This document shows, piece after piece, positions 41,216-51,922 of a DNA stretch of 64,000 nt. Numbering within the stretch: position 1 is the stretch's first letter; every line of letters begins with the position of its first letter. The notes beneath the pieces are model-generated. The model saw only the letters and a program-made list of their open reading frames with translations. It was not told where the DNA came from and did no database searches. Origin of the DNA: an uncultured Bordetella sp. (GTDB lineage: Bacteria; Pseudomonadota; Gammaproteobacteria; Burkholderiales; Burkholderiaceae_A); contig CAYWPQ010000002.1 in assembly GCA_964460315.1 (NCBI GenBank), forward strand, positions 20,926 through 84,925, given 5' to 3'. A program made the position numbers and the translations under genes.

Positions 41216-42079
41216 CAGTGAACGATGGCGAATGCCTGAGGCGTAGCTTTTCTTGAAGTGCTCGTGAAGCTGTTCCACACAATAGACTGAACGGTGTTGG
41301 CCGCCGGTGCAGCCAATTGCAACCGTCAGGTAGCTGCGATTTTCCTCGGCGTGCCGAGGAAGCCACTTCTGCAGATAGGCGGTGATGTCGGTAATCATCT
41401 CGGCCACCTCTGAGCTCTCGCGTAGAAAATCGATGACGGGCTGGTCACGGCCATTTAAGCTTTTCAGTTCAGCGCGGTAATAGGGGTTGGGCAGACAGCG
41501 GGCATCGAACACCAGGTCGGCATCAAGCGGGATTCCATCTTTGAAGGCAAACGACTGAAAGAGCACGGTGAGCTTGGAGGTTTCGAGATCAAGAATTTCC
41601 TTGACCCAGCGACGAAGCGCCTGAGGCTGAAGATCGCTGGTGTCCAGTGGGATGCCCAAGGGTGCAATTTCAGAAAGCAGTTCGCGTTCAAGTTCAATAC
41701 ACTGCGCCAAGCCCTGAACCGAATCGTCACTCAGCTGTTGCTGTTGCATCAGCTGTCGGCTCAGCGGATGTCGGCGGCGGGTTTCGGAGTAACGCTGAAT
41801 CAGGGTGTCGTCCCGGGCATTGAGAAAAAGCACTTTAAGGTTGTGCCCCTCGATTCGTAAGCCTTCCAGGCTTTGGCTTAGCTGATTGAGGGACCCACTC
41901 GTGCGCGCATCCACCGCCACCGCAAGCAGACGATGGCCTTCGGCGGACAGATTCCGAGCCGCCTCCTCCAGAAAGGCAACGGGCAGGTTGTCAATGCAGA
42001 AATAGCCCGCGTCTTCAAGCACATTCAAGGCCACGGATTTTCCCGAGCCCGACATGCCGGTGACAAGAACGATCTTCAA
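41195..42079 (-). CDS. rapZ: RNase adapter protein RapZ
   Basis: [24 protein letters not shown]; TTG start overlapping hprK stop. Confidence 0.9.
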   Translation of the reverse strand: MKIVLVTGMSGSGKSVALNVLEDAGYFCIDNLPVAFLEEAARNLSAEGHRLLAVAVDARTSGSLNQLSQSLEGLRIEGHNLKVLFLNARDDTLIQRYSETRRRHPLSRQLMQQQQLSDDSVQGLAQCIELERELLSEIAPLGIPLDTSDLQPQALRRWVKEILDLETSKLTVLFQSFAFKDGIPLDADLVFDARCLPNPYYRAELKSLNGRDQPVIDFLRESSEVAEMITDITAYLQKWLPRHAEENRSYLTVAIGCTGGQHRSVYCVEQLHEHFKKSYASGIRHRSLSQKGKA

Positions 42080-43014
42080 GCGCCCCCTCCGGACGAATCC
42101 CCGCGCATGGCAAGCTGTTGGCGTTGAACGAACTCCTTCATGGTGTCGATGCCGCGAAGACTGAGCACGGCATTGCGCACGGCGGCCTCCACCAGGACGG
42201 CAAGGTTTCGTCCCGCCGCCACCGGAATGACCACCTTACGAATGGGCAGCCCCATCACCTCCTGAGACATGGCCTCCAGCGGAAGCCGCTCGAACTCATC
42301 CATCACGCTTCGGCGAATGAGTTGAACAATCAGCTTGAGCCGCATCTTGCGCCGCACGGATGTCTCGCCAAAGATGGTACGAATGTCCAAAAGCCCAAGC
42401 CCTCGAACTTCCAAAAGATTTTGCAGAAGATGGGGACAGCGCCCCTCAATCGCATCGGGCGCGACACGGATGAAATCCACCACGTCATCGGCAATCAAGC
42501 CATGGCCTCGGGTGATGAGTTCGAGAGCGAGCTCACTTTTCCCAAGCCCCGATTCACCAGCAATGAGCACGCCCATTCCCAGCACGTCCATGAAGACTCC
42601 ATGCATCTGGGTCTGGGGCGCCAACGCTTTGGAGAGCTGGGCCCGAGCGATCTCGATAATCTGTGCGGCGGAAACCGGTGTGCGAAGAAGAGCCAAGCCC
42701 TCGCGTTCACAAGCCGTGAAGAGATCGGCCGGGGGAATTTCATCGTCCGCAATGATGATGGCCGGGGGCTTACCGGACAGCAGTTCGGCCGTTAAGTAGT
42801 TTTTGCGTTGGGGATCAAGCCGGTTGTAATAGGCCACCTCGGGCGTACCCATCACCTGGATTCGGTTGGGGTGGATGAGGTTGAGGTGGCCAATCAGGTC
42901 GGCACTCTCGGTCGACTGGCCCTCAATTTTCCGGTCGGCACCAACCTCGCCGGTTAAAAAACTAAGTTTTAACGCCTCGGCGTTTTCCTGAAAGAGCGAC
43001 TTGACGTCAAGCAC
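42076..43014 (-). CDS. hprK: HPr kinase/phosphorylase
   Basis: [39 protein letters not shown]. Confidence 0.9.
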   Translation of the reverse strand: MLDVKSLFQENAEALKLSFLTGEVGADRKIEGQSTESADLIGHLNLIHPNRIQVMGTPEVAYYNRLDPQRKNYLTAELLSGKPPAIIIADDEIPPADLFTACEREGLALLRTPVSAAQIIEIARAQLSKALAPQTQMHGVFMDVLGMGVLIAGESGLGKSELALELITRGHGLIADDVVDFIRVAPDAIEGRCPHLLQNLLEVRGLGLLDIRTIFGETSVRRKMRLKLIVQLIRRSVMDEFERLPLEAMSQEVMGLPIRKVVIPVAAGRNLAVLVEAAVRNAVLSLRGIDTMKEFVQRQQLAMRGDSSGGGA

Positions 43015-43471
43015 TTGCTGGCTGCCAGGCCTGAAGGGCTTGGTGCAGCATCTGGGGGTCAGGCTGAGTCAGCAGGGTGTCTCGCATGGTTTTGTCAGAG
43101 AGCATCTCGGCGACCTCGGAGAGGATCTCAAGGTGCTGCTGCGTCGCCTGCTCTGGCACCAACAGAAAGAGCAACAGGTTGACTGGCTTACCGTCGGGCG
43201 CATCAAACGCTACTGGGGCGTCGAGGCGAACCAGAGCAGCGGTGGCGTCTTCCAGGCCTTTGATCCGCCCGTGCGGAATGGCAATGCCTTCGCCAAGGCC
43301 GGTTGATCCAAGGCGCTCGCGTGCAAACAGCGAATCAAAGACTTTGGCCCGGGCAATGCCTTGATTGTTTTCAAACAAAAGCCCGGCCTGTTCAAAGACT
43401 CGCTTTTTGCTGCTGGCATCAAGACCAACCACAACGTTGGTCAACGGTATTAACTGGCTAATGCGGTTCAT
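43007..43471 (-). CDS. ptsN: PTS-Ntr IIA-like nitrogen regulatory protein
   Basis: [18 protein letters not shown] phosphorylation-site motif. Confidence 0.9.
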   Translation of the reverse strand: MNRISQLIPLTNVVVGLDASSKKRVFEQAGLLFENNQGIARAKVFDSLFARERLGSTGLGEGIAIPHGRIKGLEDATAALVRLDAPVAFDAPDGKPVNLLLFLLVPEQATQQHLEILSEVAEMLSDKTMRDTLLTQPDPQMLHQALQAWQPASA

Positions 43472-43555
43472 CTTCCGCCTCGGTTACTCGAGTGGGCGGA
43501 TTATAAATCGATTGTTGCGCCGCAGTGCAAACCGCCAGAAAGCCGTGAGCAGCCC

Positions 43556-43882
43556 CTAGCCCACGACCACCTGAGCCTGATTCTGGCCCCGGTGCACCCC
43601 GGGGCGCTGCATTTCCTTGTAACGAACCACCTGACGGTCGAGCTTGTCGGCTAGAGCGTCAATAGCAGCATAAAGGTCAGCGTGACTCGCTTCGCAATGA
43701 ATATCTTTGCCGGGAAGATGCACCGTGACTTCGGCCCGTTGCTGAAGCTTTTCAACGCCCAAGGTGACATGGACCTCGTTGACATGATCGAAATGCCGCC
43801 AGGTCCGACCAAACTTCTGGTCGACGTAGTCGTGAATCGCGGGGGTGATCTCGAGGTGATGGCCTTTGACGGTCAGATGCAT
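43556..43882 (-). CDS. hpf: Ribosome hibernation promoting factor (short HPF)
   Basis: MHLTVKGHHLEITPAI..., 108 aa, GGGAGG RBS; ATG 43882 chosen (ORF open to 44002 but would overlap rpoN). Confidence 0.9.
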   Translation of the reverse strand: MHLTVKGHHLEITPAIHDYVDQKFGRTWRHFDHVNEVHVTLGVEKLQQRAEVTVHLPGKDIHCEASHADLYAAIDALADKLDRQVVRYKEMQRPGVHRGQNQAQVVVG

Positions 43883-43895
43883 GGTGTTACCTCCC

Positions 43896-45410
43896 TTAGA
43901 GTTTTTTCCGTTGACTGACAGGTTCGATTCTGAGCGCTTCTCGGTACTTTGCAATCGTGCGGCGCGCAACGCGTACCCCTTCCTCGTTGAAGCGATCGGC
44001 AAGTTGCTGATCGGAAAGGGGTTTTTTTGGATTTTCGTCGGCTATCCATTGCCTGATTTTGGCGCGTATGGCTGTGGATGAGGCGGTGCCGCCGTCGTCG
44101 GTGGACACATGGCTTGCAAAAAAGTACTTAAGCTCAAAGGTGCCTTTGGGTGTGAGCATGTACTTATGGGTAGTCACCCTGGAAACCGTGGATTCATGAA
44201 GCCCGCATCGTTCCGCAATTTCTCGTAGGACCAATGGGCGCATGGCGAGTTCACCCTTTTCAAAAAACGCTTGTTGCTCAAGAGCAATGGCCTGGGCCAC
44301 CCGCAAAATCGTGTCGAAACGCTGCTGAATATTCTTGATCACCCAACGGGCTTCTTGCAGCTGACTCGTCATGGAGCTTGCCCGGTCATGCCTGATCATT
44401 TCGGCATACATTGGATTAATGGTCAGGCGGGGCACCGCCGATTCATTGAGTCGAACCTGCCAGTGCGAGCCTGCGCCTTGAGCAGCCCTGTAAGCAATCA
44501 CATCAGGGATCACGATACCCGCGGTGTTGTCTTGAAACCCGTCCCCGGGTTTGGGATTAAGGGACTGAAGGAGGTCGATGGCTTCTTTGAGGGCGGTACG
44601 GTCACAGCCAACTTGTTTGCATATCGACTGAAAATCCCGGCTTCCAAGAAGGTCCAAAAGAGAGGGGTTCTTCACCAGGGTCTGGGTCAGTCTGAGCGCA
44701 GCATCACGGGTGCGATCGCCATCACCTTGCTGTCCTTCAGGAAGGCGTTTTTCGAGCTCGGCCAGTTGAAGCCCGAGGCATTCTTGAAGATTTCGTGCGC
44801 CCACGCCTGTGGGGGTCATGCTCTGCAACAGGGTGAGCCCCAAAAGCTGCTCGTCGTCGTCGAGCCGTTCACCAAAGGTTTCCTCAAAAAGATCCGCAAC
44901 ACTGGCCTCAATTTCATGAAGCTCATCGCGCAGGTAGCCATCATCGTCGAGTGAATCAATCAAAATACCGAGCCAAAGCTGGTCCCGTGGCGACAGCGAA
45001 AGGCCAAGCATCTGCTCTCGAAGATGGTCTTGCAGCTGGGTGGGCACAGCTTGCTGACTGGCCCAGTCAAAATCATCATCACCACCTCGTGGGGCCGAAC
45101 TGGGCCAGGGGTCCGAGGCTGGAAAATCATCTCGACTGGAATCATTGGTTGCTTCCGGCGCGCTGCTTGCTGATGGCCCGTCAAAGCGAGCGCCTGCGGC
45201 CTGCGGGTCTTGGATCTGGGGATGTCGATCCCCCGTTTGCACCAGTTCACGGGGCCCATCTTCTTGCTCGAGCAGTGGGTTTTCTGCAAGGAACCTGTCC
45301 ACCTCTTGCTCGAGCTCGGCGGTGGACATCTGAAGCAGTCGAATGGACTGCTGAAGCTGGGGGGTGAGCGCGAGCTGTTGGCTGTGACGAAGTCCGAGCG
45401 ATGGTTTCAT
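43896..45410 (-). CDS. rpoN: RNA polymerase sigma-54 factor
   Basis: N-terminal LQLxxxLxxSIRLLQMS, HTH region and RpoN box ARRTIAKYRE. Confidence 0.95.
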   Translation of the reverse strand: MKPSLGLRHSQQLALTPQLQQSIRLLQMSTAELEQEVDRFLAENPLLEQEDGPRELVQTGDRHPQIQDPQAAGARFDGPSASSAPEATNDSSRDDFPASDPWPSSAPRGGDDDFDWASQQAVPTQLQDHLREQMLGLSLSPRDQLWLGILIDSLDDDGYLRDELHEIEASVADLFEETFGERLDDDEQLLGLTLLQSMTPTGVGARNLQECLGLQLAELEKRLPEGQQGDGDRTRDAALRLTQTLVKNPSLLDLLGSRDFQSICKQVGCDRTALKEAIDLLQSLNPKPGDGFQDNTAGIVIPDVIAYRAAQGAGSHWQVRLNESAVPRLTINPMYAEMIRHDRASSMTSQLQEARWVIKNIQQRFDTILRVAQAIALEQQAFFEKGELAMRPLVLREIAERCGLHESTVSRVTTHKYMLTPKGTFELKYFFASHVSTDDGGTASSTAIRAKIRQWIADENPKKPLSDQQLADRFNEEGVRVARRTIAKYREALRIEPVSQRKKL

Positions 45411-45428
45411 AGCGAAGGCTCAGGATCG

Positions 45429-46178
45429 CTACATCCGGAAGTGTTCCCCAAGATAGACCTTGCGGACGCTGGCGTTAGCAACAATCTCTTGTGGAGAACC
45501 ACTGGCCAGCACGGCTCCCTCGCTGATGATGTAGGCTCGGTCACAGATGCCAAGGGTCTCCCGCACATTGTGGTCGGTGATCAAGACGCCAATACCTCGG
45601 CTTTTCAGGAAGCGAACAATCCGCTGAATTTCAATGACTGCGATCGGGTCTACGCCCGCAAAGGGCTCGTCAAGCAAAATAAAGCGTGGTGCTGTTGCAA
45701 GGGCTCGGGCAATTTCAACGCGTCGCCGTTCCCCCCCTGACAACGAGATGGCCATGCTGTCGCGCAGATGCGTGATCTGGAGTTCGCTCAGAAGTTCATC
45801 AAGCTGTTCTTCGATGGCCGGGGGCGCCAGCGGGCGCTGTTGATCGTCCAGTTGAAGCTGCAAGATTGCGCGAATGTTGTCGGCCACCGAGAGTTTGCGA
45901 AACACCGAAGCCTCTTGGGGAAGGTAGGAAAGCCCAAGCCTGGCTCGTTGATGAATGGGGGAGGAGGCCAGATTTTTTCCGTCCATCCAGATCTCGCCGC
46001 CATCGGATCGAACCAGTCCCACGATCATGTAAAAACTTGTTGTCTTCCCTGCGCCGTTGGGTCCGAGCAGACCAACGACTTCACCGCTGGTGATCGTCAT
46101 CGAGACATCGCGAACCACGGTGCGTCCTTTGTAGGCTTTTCGCAGCTGTCGAATATCAAGCGAGCTTGGGCTGATCAT
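45429..46178 (-). CDS. lptB: LPS export ABC transporter ATP-binding protein
   Basis: [36 protein letters not shown]. Confidence 0.95.
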   Translation of the reverse strand: MISPSSLDIRQLRKAYKGRTVVRDVSMTITSGEVVGLLGPNGAGKTTSFYMIVGLVRSDGGEIWMDGKNLASSPIHQRARLGLSYLPQEASVFRKLSVADNIRAILQLQLDDQQRPLAPPAIEEQLDELLSELQITHLRDSMAISLSGGERRRVEIARALATAPRFILLDEPFAGVDPIAVIEIQRIVRFLKSRGIGVLITDHNVRETLGICDRAYIISEGAVLASGSPQEIVANASVRKVYLGEHFRM

Positions 46179-46187
46179 GGTGGTTGG

Positions 46188-46769
46188 TTAGGGCTTGGCG
46201 GCGGGGTTCGAGGGGGCTGGCTGGGGGGCGGCATTGGGTTTTCGCGGCATCAGGAACATGCGTGAACGACCCTGCCCTTGGGTGGATTCCACCGAATAGC
46301 GTTCGGTCATATTGTTGTAGGTGAGGCGGTCACCAGAGATTCGGTCCATCAGAACATCACCCTCCAGGCGCCGCATGACGGCCTGGTCGGTGAGCACCAC
46401 GATTTCCTGCTGTCCGTCGTAGTCCAGCCGCAAGCTCTCGCCCTCCATGAACTCATTGCCGACATCACGTTTCTGTCGAAAGCTTGCCGGCTGTCCCGTG
46501 ATCACTCCAAAATAGTTTCCATCCACGTCCTGACGCATCTCCATCCGGTCACCACGAATCATGAGGGTTCCCTTGGTCAGCACCACATTGCCGGTGAAGA
46601 TGGTGATCTGCTGCTGCTCGTCATGATTCAGCTGATCGGAATCGATGAAGGTTGGTTTGTCACGATCGGCACGTTCGGCCATGGCCGAAGGCAGGGGTAG
46701 TCCAATCATTGCCAGGATCATGACTATCGCCCAACGGCGATTCTGAATTGGGATCGTCAAGTGGTTCAT
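46188..46769 (-). CDS. lptA: LPS transport periplasmic protein LptA (OstA-like)
   Basis: Signal peptide, OstA beta-jellyroll repeats (FTGNVVLTKGTLMIRGDRME) and position between lptC and lptB. Confidence 0.8.
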   Translation of the reverse strand: MNHLTIPIQNRRWAIVMILAMIGLPLPSAMAERADRDKPTFIDSDQLNHDEQQQITIFTGNVVLTKGTLMIRGDRMEMRQDVDGNYFGVITGQPASFRQKRDVGNEFMEGESLRLDYDGQQEIVVLTDQAVMRRLEGDVLMDRISGDRLTYNNMTERYSVESTQGQGRSRMFLMPRKPNAAPQPAPSNPAAKP

Positions 46770-47380
46770 CGATTCTTCTCCCTGGGGACCACCATCCGAG
46801 ATTCCGAGGTGATGTCAATTCGCTGGGTCTTCTGGTCAAAGGTCATTCCAACCCCCTGAAGGGTTGCCCCCCCGCGCTGAACAAAGACAGGCGCATCGGT
46901 GGTGGCACGCTCCTCTTTGATCAGCAGTGTGGCACGCGGCGTGGTAATTTTGGCAGCGGGCTGGTCAGCAAACGCTGGTCGGGTAATCAGCACATCTCCG
47001 GAGAGGTCGATCTGATTTTGGTTCCGTGTGGCTGAAGCCGTGTTGGCTCGGACTGAGGTGGCTGGTTTGTTCGGGGCCAGTGAGACCATGAAGGGTTGGA
47101 TGAACACGCTTCGGTCATCACGGTCGCTGTGGGTGATGCGTGCCGCCTCAATTCGGTAATGAGGCCGGCCAAGTGCGTCACTGCGGACGATACGAGCGTT
47201 ATCGATCACGGCGTTCGGGCCGCTTGCAGGCCCTCCGTTTTCGCTGATCTTGCCCCGTTGAAGCACTTCGCTTAACCCCCATGATGCGACCGCAAGGATC
47301 GCGAAAAAGGCAATGGAGATGACATGGCCCACCCACTCTGCGGTTCTCAATTCTGGCTCTCCAGAATGAAGTCGCAGCAT
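46766..47380 (-). CDS. lptC: LPS export system protein LptC
   Basis: Single TM anchor plus a beta-rich periplasmic domain; conserved kdsC-lptC-lptA order; start uncertain (ATG 47380; ORF open to 47470). Confidence 0.7.
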   Translation of the reverse strand: MLRLHSGEPELRTAEWVGHVISIAFFAILAVASWGLSEVLQRGKISENGGPASGPNAVIDNARIVRSDALGRPHYRIEAARITHSDRDDRSVFIQPFMVSLAPNKPATSVRANTASATRNQNQIDLSGDVLITRPAFADQPAAKITTPRATLLIKEERATTDAPVFVQRGGATLQGVGMTFDQKTQRIDITSESRMVVPREKNR

Positions 47381-47865
47381 TCCCGAACGGCGCCGTGCCC
47401 GCCGGAACGCGTCGAGACCCAATGGGCCTTGGCAATCACGGCCCCGACGGCGTGAGGAACTGAGGCACAAAACCCAACCCGGGCAAAGAGCTCCAGGTCG
47501 GGGGTGTCGTCACCCATGTGGCCGCAATGGGAGGGGTCAATACCTTGGGTTTTCGCCCAACGATCAAAGGCCTCGCCTTTGCGCTCTTCCCCTTGAATCA
47601 CCAGATCAAAGCCGAGCTCATTGGCCCGTCGCGTCGTGGCCGGATGCAGTCGCCCGCTCAGAATGGCAATCTTCACGCCGCCCGCCCGGAGGGCTTTCAG
47701 GCCATGGCCATCGAGCACCGAAAACCGTTTGAATGATTCGCCGTCCGGCCCATAGAAAAGGCCTCCATCCGTCATCACACCGTCCACATCAAAAAACATC
47801 CAGCGAACATCGCGAGCTCGCCTTCGGGCCTCTTGCAGAGAGTGGGTGTGAGTGGGTGGGGTCAT
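47347..47865 (-). CDS. kdsC: 3-deoxy-D-manno-octulosonate 8-phosphate phosphatase
   Basis: HAD motif FFDVDGVMTDGGL, GDDTPD. Confidence 0.9.
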   Translation of the reverse strand: MTPPTHTHSLQEARRRARDVRWMFFDVDGVMTDGGLFYGPDGESFKRFSVLDGHGLKALRAGGVKIAILSGRLHPATTRRANELGFDLVIQGEERKGEAFDRWAKTQGIDPSHCGHMGDDTPDLELFARVGFCASVPHAVGAVIAKAHWVSTRSGGHGAVRECCDFILESQN

Positions 47866-47885
47866 CGGATCGCGCGAAGGCCTGC

Positions 47886-48917
47886 TTAGAGAATTTTGGA
47901 TTCCAGAAGATCATGAATACCGACGGCGCCAATCAGTTTGCCGTTGGCGTCATTGACCAACAGATGGTTGATACGAGTGGTGTCCATGAGGTGAGCAACC
48001 TCACTGGCCAGCTTCTGCGCGTCGATGGATTTCGGGTTGGCCGACATCACCTGATCAATGGTCATGGACCGCACATCCACGCCCTGGCTGAGCACACGTC
48101 TCAGATCGCCATCGGTAAAAATGCCAACCGCTTTTCCCTGGGCGTCCACCACCGCAGTCATGCCCATTCGCTTCGCACTAATAATTTTGAATGCTTCGGT
48201 CACCGGTGTTCCCAGGGGAACTGCAGGAAGGTCCTGCCCGGTTCGCATCACATCTTCGACTCGAATCAGAAGCCTGCGACCCAAGCTTCCACCGGGGTGC
48301 GACCGCGCAAAGTCCTCGGCGCTGAAGCCTCGAAGGTCGAGCAGCACCAGAGCCAGCGCATCGCCAAGCGCAAGGGCGGCGGTGGTGCTTGCCGTTGGTG
48401 CCAGATTGAGCGGGCAGGCCTCGATTTTCACAGAGGCATTGAGATGCACATTCGCGATTTTGGCGAGCGACGAGTTGGGGTTGCCCGTGACGGCGATCAG
48501 TTTCGCTCCGAGCCGCTTGATATGCGGCGCAATGGATGCAAGCTCTTCGGTCTCGCCCGAATTGGAAAATGCCAGCACGACGTCGTCTGCCTGAATCATG
48601 CCGAGGTCACCATGCCGAGCTTCGCCGGGATGCACAAACAGCGCTGGCGTACCGGTTGAAGCAAGGGTCGCGGCCACTTTGCGGGCAATGTGGCCGGATT
48701 TGCCCATGCCCGAGACGACCACACGCCCCGTGGCCTGAAGGATGGTGTTGGCCGCCATGACGATCTGATCATCGAGCTGATCCACCAGGGCTAGCACGGC
48801 GTTGGCTTCGATCTCGATCACCTCACGTGCTCGACGAGCGATGCGCTCTGCGTTCGCCAGCAACATCGCCGGAGTGTCAGATACAGAGCCGTTTGGCGTC
48901 GGTTTGGGTTCGTCCAT
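47886..48917 (-). CDS. kdsD: Arabinose-5-phosphate isomerase (SIS + tandem CBS)
   Basis: GMGKSGHIARKVAATLASTGTPA and C-terminal CBS pair; ATG 48917 chosen. Confidence 0.9.
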   Translation of the reverse strand: MDEPKPTPNGSVSDTPAMLLANAERIARRAREVIEIEANAVLALVDQLDDQIVMAANTILQATGRVVVSGMGKSGHIARKVAATLASTGTPALFVHPGEARHGDLGMIQADDVVLAFSNSGETEELASIAPHIKRLGAKLIAVTGNPNSSLAKIANVHLNASVKIEACPLNLAPTASTTAALALGDALALVLLDLRGFSAEDFARSHPGGSLGRRLLIRVEDVMRTGQDLPAVPLGTPVTEAFKIISAKRMGMTAVVDAQGKAVGIFTDGDLRRVLSQGVDVRSMTIDQVMSANPKSIDAQKLASEVAHLMDTTRINHLLVNDANGKLIGAVGIHDLLESKIL

Positions 48918-48934
48918 TGGTACACTTACCTCTC

Positions 48935-48962
48935 GAACTTGCAGTGTAGCAAAGGGTTCATT
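48935..48962 (+). promoter_or_regulatory. Weak candidate sigma-E-type promoter upstream of mlaF
   Basis: GAACTT (48935-48940), a 16/17-nt spacer, then TTCAT/TCATT, about 25 nt upstream of a GAAGGAG RBS and the TTG start. Only a partial match to GGAACTT-N16-TCnnA. Confidence 0.3.
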
Positions 48963-48985
48963 CCCCAAAACGTGAAGGAGCGGGC

Positions 48986-49849
48986 TTGTCAGCAAGTGCA
49001 TCAGTGGTCCGGGAACCAAGCGCATCAGGCGATGATCGGTCGGTGGTCGCCTTTCGTGACCTTCGTTTTGGCTACGGCGATCGTTGTGTGATTGACCGAG
49101 TGTCCCTGGAGATTCCCAAGGGCAAGGTGGTGGCGCTGATGGGGGGATCGGGGGTCGGTAAAACCACACTTCTGCGACTGATGAGTGGCCTCGTCGGTCC
49201 GCAAGAGGGTGCTGTCCAGGTCTTCGGTCAGGTGCTTGACCGCTCCAATGCAAGGGCTCTTTATGAGGCTCGCCGCCGCATGGGTCTCTTGTTTCAGTTT
49301 GGCGCGCTTTTCACGGATCTCACCTGCTTTGAAAATGTCGCCTTCCCATTGCGTGAGCACACAAGGCTTTCCGAATCGATGATTCGCGACATGGTCATGT
49401 TGAAGCTCGAGTGCGTGGGGCTTCGAGGCGCCGCCCAGCTCAAGCCGGCCGAGATCTCCGGTGGCATGGCACGACGAGTGGCGCTTGCCCGTGCCATTGC
49501 CCTTGACCCGGAACTGATTCTTTATGACGAGCCCTTTGCCGGGCTCGACCCCATCTCGTTGGGGGTCACGGCCAACCTCATTCGTGAGTTAAATTCGGCC
49601 TTGGGAGCCACCTCGGTGGTGGTCACCCACGATGTCATCGAAACCTTTGCGATCGCCGATCGGGTGATGGTCTTTGCGCCCTCGCCGTCGGGGGCCAAAC
49701 TCATGGCGGCGGGCACCCCTGCCGAACTCAACGCAAGCCAAGATCCTTTTGTGCGCCAGTTTCTGGATGGCGCCGTGGATGGGCCTGTTCGATTCCACTA
49801 CCCCGCGCCGCCCATGCATGAAACCCTTGGCTTCAAGGAGCCAGCATGA
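48986..49849 (+). CDS. mlaF: Phospholipid (Mla) ABC transporter ATP-binding protein
   Basis: GGSGVGKTT, ISGGMARRVALARA, LYDEPFAGLDP; TTG start with good RBS. Confidence 0.9.
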   Translation: MSASASVVREPSASGDDRSVVAFRDLRFGYGDRCVIDRVSLEIPKGKVVALMGGSGVGKTTLLRLMSGLVGPQEGAVQVFGQVLDRSNARALYEARRRMGLLFQFGALFTDLTCFENVAFPLREHTRLSESMIRDMVMLKLECVGLRGAAQLKPAEISGGMARRVALARAIALDPELILYDEPFAGLDPISLGVTANLIRELNSALGATSVVVTHDVIETFAIADRVMVFAPSPSGAKLMAAGTPAELNASQDPFVRQFLDGAVDGPVRFHYPAPPMHETLGFKEPA

Positions 49850-50637
49850 CCGCTTTGGCGAACTGGATCGCCTCGATTGGCGCCGCATGCCTTCGTTTTG
49901 TTGAAGCCTTAGGCGTGTTTGCCAGGCTTTTGCTTCAGGTGGTCGCCCGCACCGTCTCCATCTGGAAAAAACCCAGACTGATCGCCGCTCAGATCCATTT
50001 TCTTGGTAACCACTCCTTGGCCATCATTCTGGTGGCGGGGCTTTTCGTGGGATTGGTTCTTGGTCTGCAGGGTTATTACACCCTCCGGCGTTATGGATCC
50101 GAAGAGGCCCTGGGCCTTTTGGTCGCGCTCTCCCTCGTGCGTGAGCTTGGCCCCGTGATCTCGGCCCTGCTCTTTGCTGGGCGGGCGGGCACCTCGCTTA
50201 CCGCAGAGATTGGCCTCATGAAGGCGGGCGAGCAGCTGTCTGCGCTGGAGACCATGGCCGTGGATCCCATCTCAAGGGTGTTGGGCCCGCGTTTTTATGC
50301 CGGCTTAATTACCGTACCCTTGTTGGCCGCTCTGTTCTCGGCAGTGGGCGTGCTTGGGGGCTGGCTTGTCGGTGTGGTGCTGATTGGTGTGGACCCCGGG
50401 TCCTTCTGGTCGCAGATGTCCGATGGCGTCGACTTCTGGGACGACATTGTCAATGGCGTGGTGAAGAGCGTTGTGTTTGGTTTGGCGGTGACCCATGTGG
50501 CCTTGGTTCAAGGCTACGAGTCACGGCCAACGCCTGAGGGCGTAGCCCGCGCCACGACACTGACCGTGGTGGCTGGTTCGCTTGCGGTGTTAGGTCTTGA
50601 TTTTGTGCTTACGGCACTCATGTTTGGAGATTCATAA
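49846..50637 (+). CDS. mlaE: Mla ABC transporter permease
   Basis: Multi-TM, LVRELGPVISALLFAGRAG signature; ATGA overlap with mlaF. Confidence 0.9.
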   Translation: MTALANWIASIGAACLRFVEALGVFARLLLQVVARTVSIWKKPRLIAAQIHFLGNHSLAIILVAGLFVGLVLGLQGYYTLRRYGSEEALGLLVALSLVRELGPVISALLFAGRAGTSLTAEIGLMKAGEQLSALETMAVDPISRVLGPRFYAGLITVPLLAALFSAVGVLGGWLVGVVLIGVDPGSFWSQMSDGVDFWDDIVNGVVKSVVFGLAVTHVALVQGYESRPTPEGVARATTLTVVAGSLAVLGLDFVLTALMFGDS

Positions 50638-51122
50638 TGCAAGGTCGTCAACTTAATCTCGCGGTCGGAGCCTTTGTGCTTTTGGGCATCTTGGCCCTGG
50701 TGTTTATGGCCCTGCAGGTCAGCAACCTCGGCGCCACGTCCTCAGGCAGCAGCTACGAAGTCAAAGCCTACTTTGACAATATTGGCGGCCTGAAACCTCG
50801 CGCCGCGGTCAAGAGCGCCGGCGTGGTGGTGGGTCGTGTTCGACAAATCCAGTTTGACGATGAGCAATACCAAGCGCTTGTCGTGATTGATCTTGATGCG
50901 CAGTACGAATTCCCCAAGGACACCTCGGCCAAGATCCTCACCTCGGGCCTTCTGGGGGACAACTACATTGGCCTTGAGCCGGGTGGCGATATTGAAATGC
51001 TCAAAGCCTCGGATCGAATTCGCATGACCCAGTCGGCGGTGGTGCTTGAGAATCTGATTTCTCAGTTTCTCTACAACCGGCCGTCGGATGGCGCTGCAGG
51101 AAACAAGGATGGTGCGAAGTAA
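50637..51122 (+). CDS. mlaD: Mla system MCE-domain substrate-binding protein
   Basis: N-terminal TM anchor and MCE domain (YFDNIGGLKPRAAVKSAGVVVGRV). Confidence 0.85.
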   Translation: MQGRQLNLAVGAFVLLGILALVFMALQVSNLGATSSGSSYEVKAYFDNIGGLKPRAAVKSAGVVVGRVRQIQFDDEQYQALVVIDLDAQYEFPKDTSAKILTSGLLGDNYIGLEPGGDIEMLKASDRIRMTQSAVVLENLISQFLYNRPSDGAAGNKDGAK

Positions 51123-51919
51123 TGCGATTCACCGCTGATCCGTCGATGGTCTCGTCAATGACACACCCACGCCCTCAGCCACGTGGGCATGCGTTTTCTT
51201 TGCGTGCGCTGATGTTGTCGGCTGCGTTCGCGATGCTGGCGGGGCTTGGCGGCTGCGCCAGTCTTCCTGCTGGCCATGTCAAGGACGAACGCGACCCCTG
51301 GGAGCGTTACAACCGAGCCGTGTACACCTTCAATGACACCCTGGATCGGAACCTCATCAAGCCTGCGGCTGAAATCTATCGCGACTATGTGCCCGAGGTA
51401 TTCCAACTTCTGGTTCGAAACTTTTTTGGCAACCTCGCGGATGTCAGCACCTCGATTCATCACCTCCTGCAGGGCAAGCCCTCGGAGGCTGGCGAGTCCG
51501 CTGCCCGCGTGCTCTTCAACACCACCCTGGGTTTCGCAGGCCTTGGAGACCCCGCCAGCGAGATGGGGTTTGCAAAGACCTCGGAAGATTTCGGTCAGAC
51601 TCTTGCGGTCTGGGGTGCCAGACCCGGCCCTTACTTCATGCTGCCTTTGCTTGGTCCAAGCACCGTTCGGGACAGTTTTGGCACTGTGGCGGATATGCGC
51701 CTTGATCCGGTGGATGGCGTGATCCCCTCGGGCGATGGCCGCATCGCGGCCTTCACCCTCATTGCGCTGGACCGCCGCAAGACGCTTTTGGGTGCCGAGG
51801 GTACTCTTGACGCCCTCTCGTTTGACCGATACAGCGGGCTTCGTGACGCATTTTTGGCAAGACGTCGAAGCCAGGTTTACGATGGTGATCCACCACCGCT
51901 TTCCAATGAAGAAGACTGA
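51122..51919 (+). CDS. mlaA: MlaA/VacJ family outer-membrane lipoprotein
   Basis: Lipobox LGGC, DPWERYNR, FNTTLGFAGLGDPAS. Confidence 0.85.
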   Translation: MRFTADPSMVSSMTHPRPQPRGHAFSLRALMLSAAFAMLAGLGGCASLPAGHVKDERDPWERYNRAVYTFNDTLDRNLIKPAAEIYRDYVPEVFQLLVRNFFGNLADVSTSIHHLLQGKPSEAGESAARVLFNTTLGFAGLGDPASEMGFAKTSEDFGQTLAVWGARPGPYFMLPLLGPSTVRDSFGTVADMRLDPVDGVIPSGDGRIAAFTLIALDRRKTLLGAEGTLDALSFDRYSGLRDAFLARRRSQVYDGDPPPLSNEED

Positions 51920-51922
51920 GCC

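Noticed and set aside
48918-49253. In-frame N-terminal extension of the kdsD ORF (455 aa as listed)
   Set aside because: The extension would overlap the divergent mlaF gene and its RBS, is Pro/Arg-rich, and has no counterpart in KdsD. ATG 48917 gives a normal-length SIS+CBS protein.
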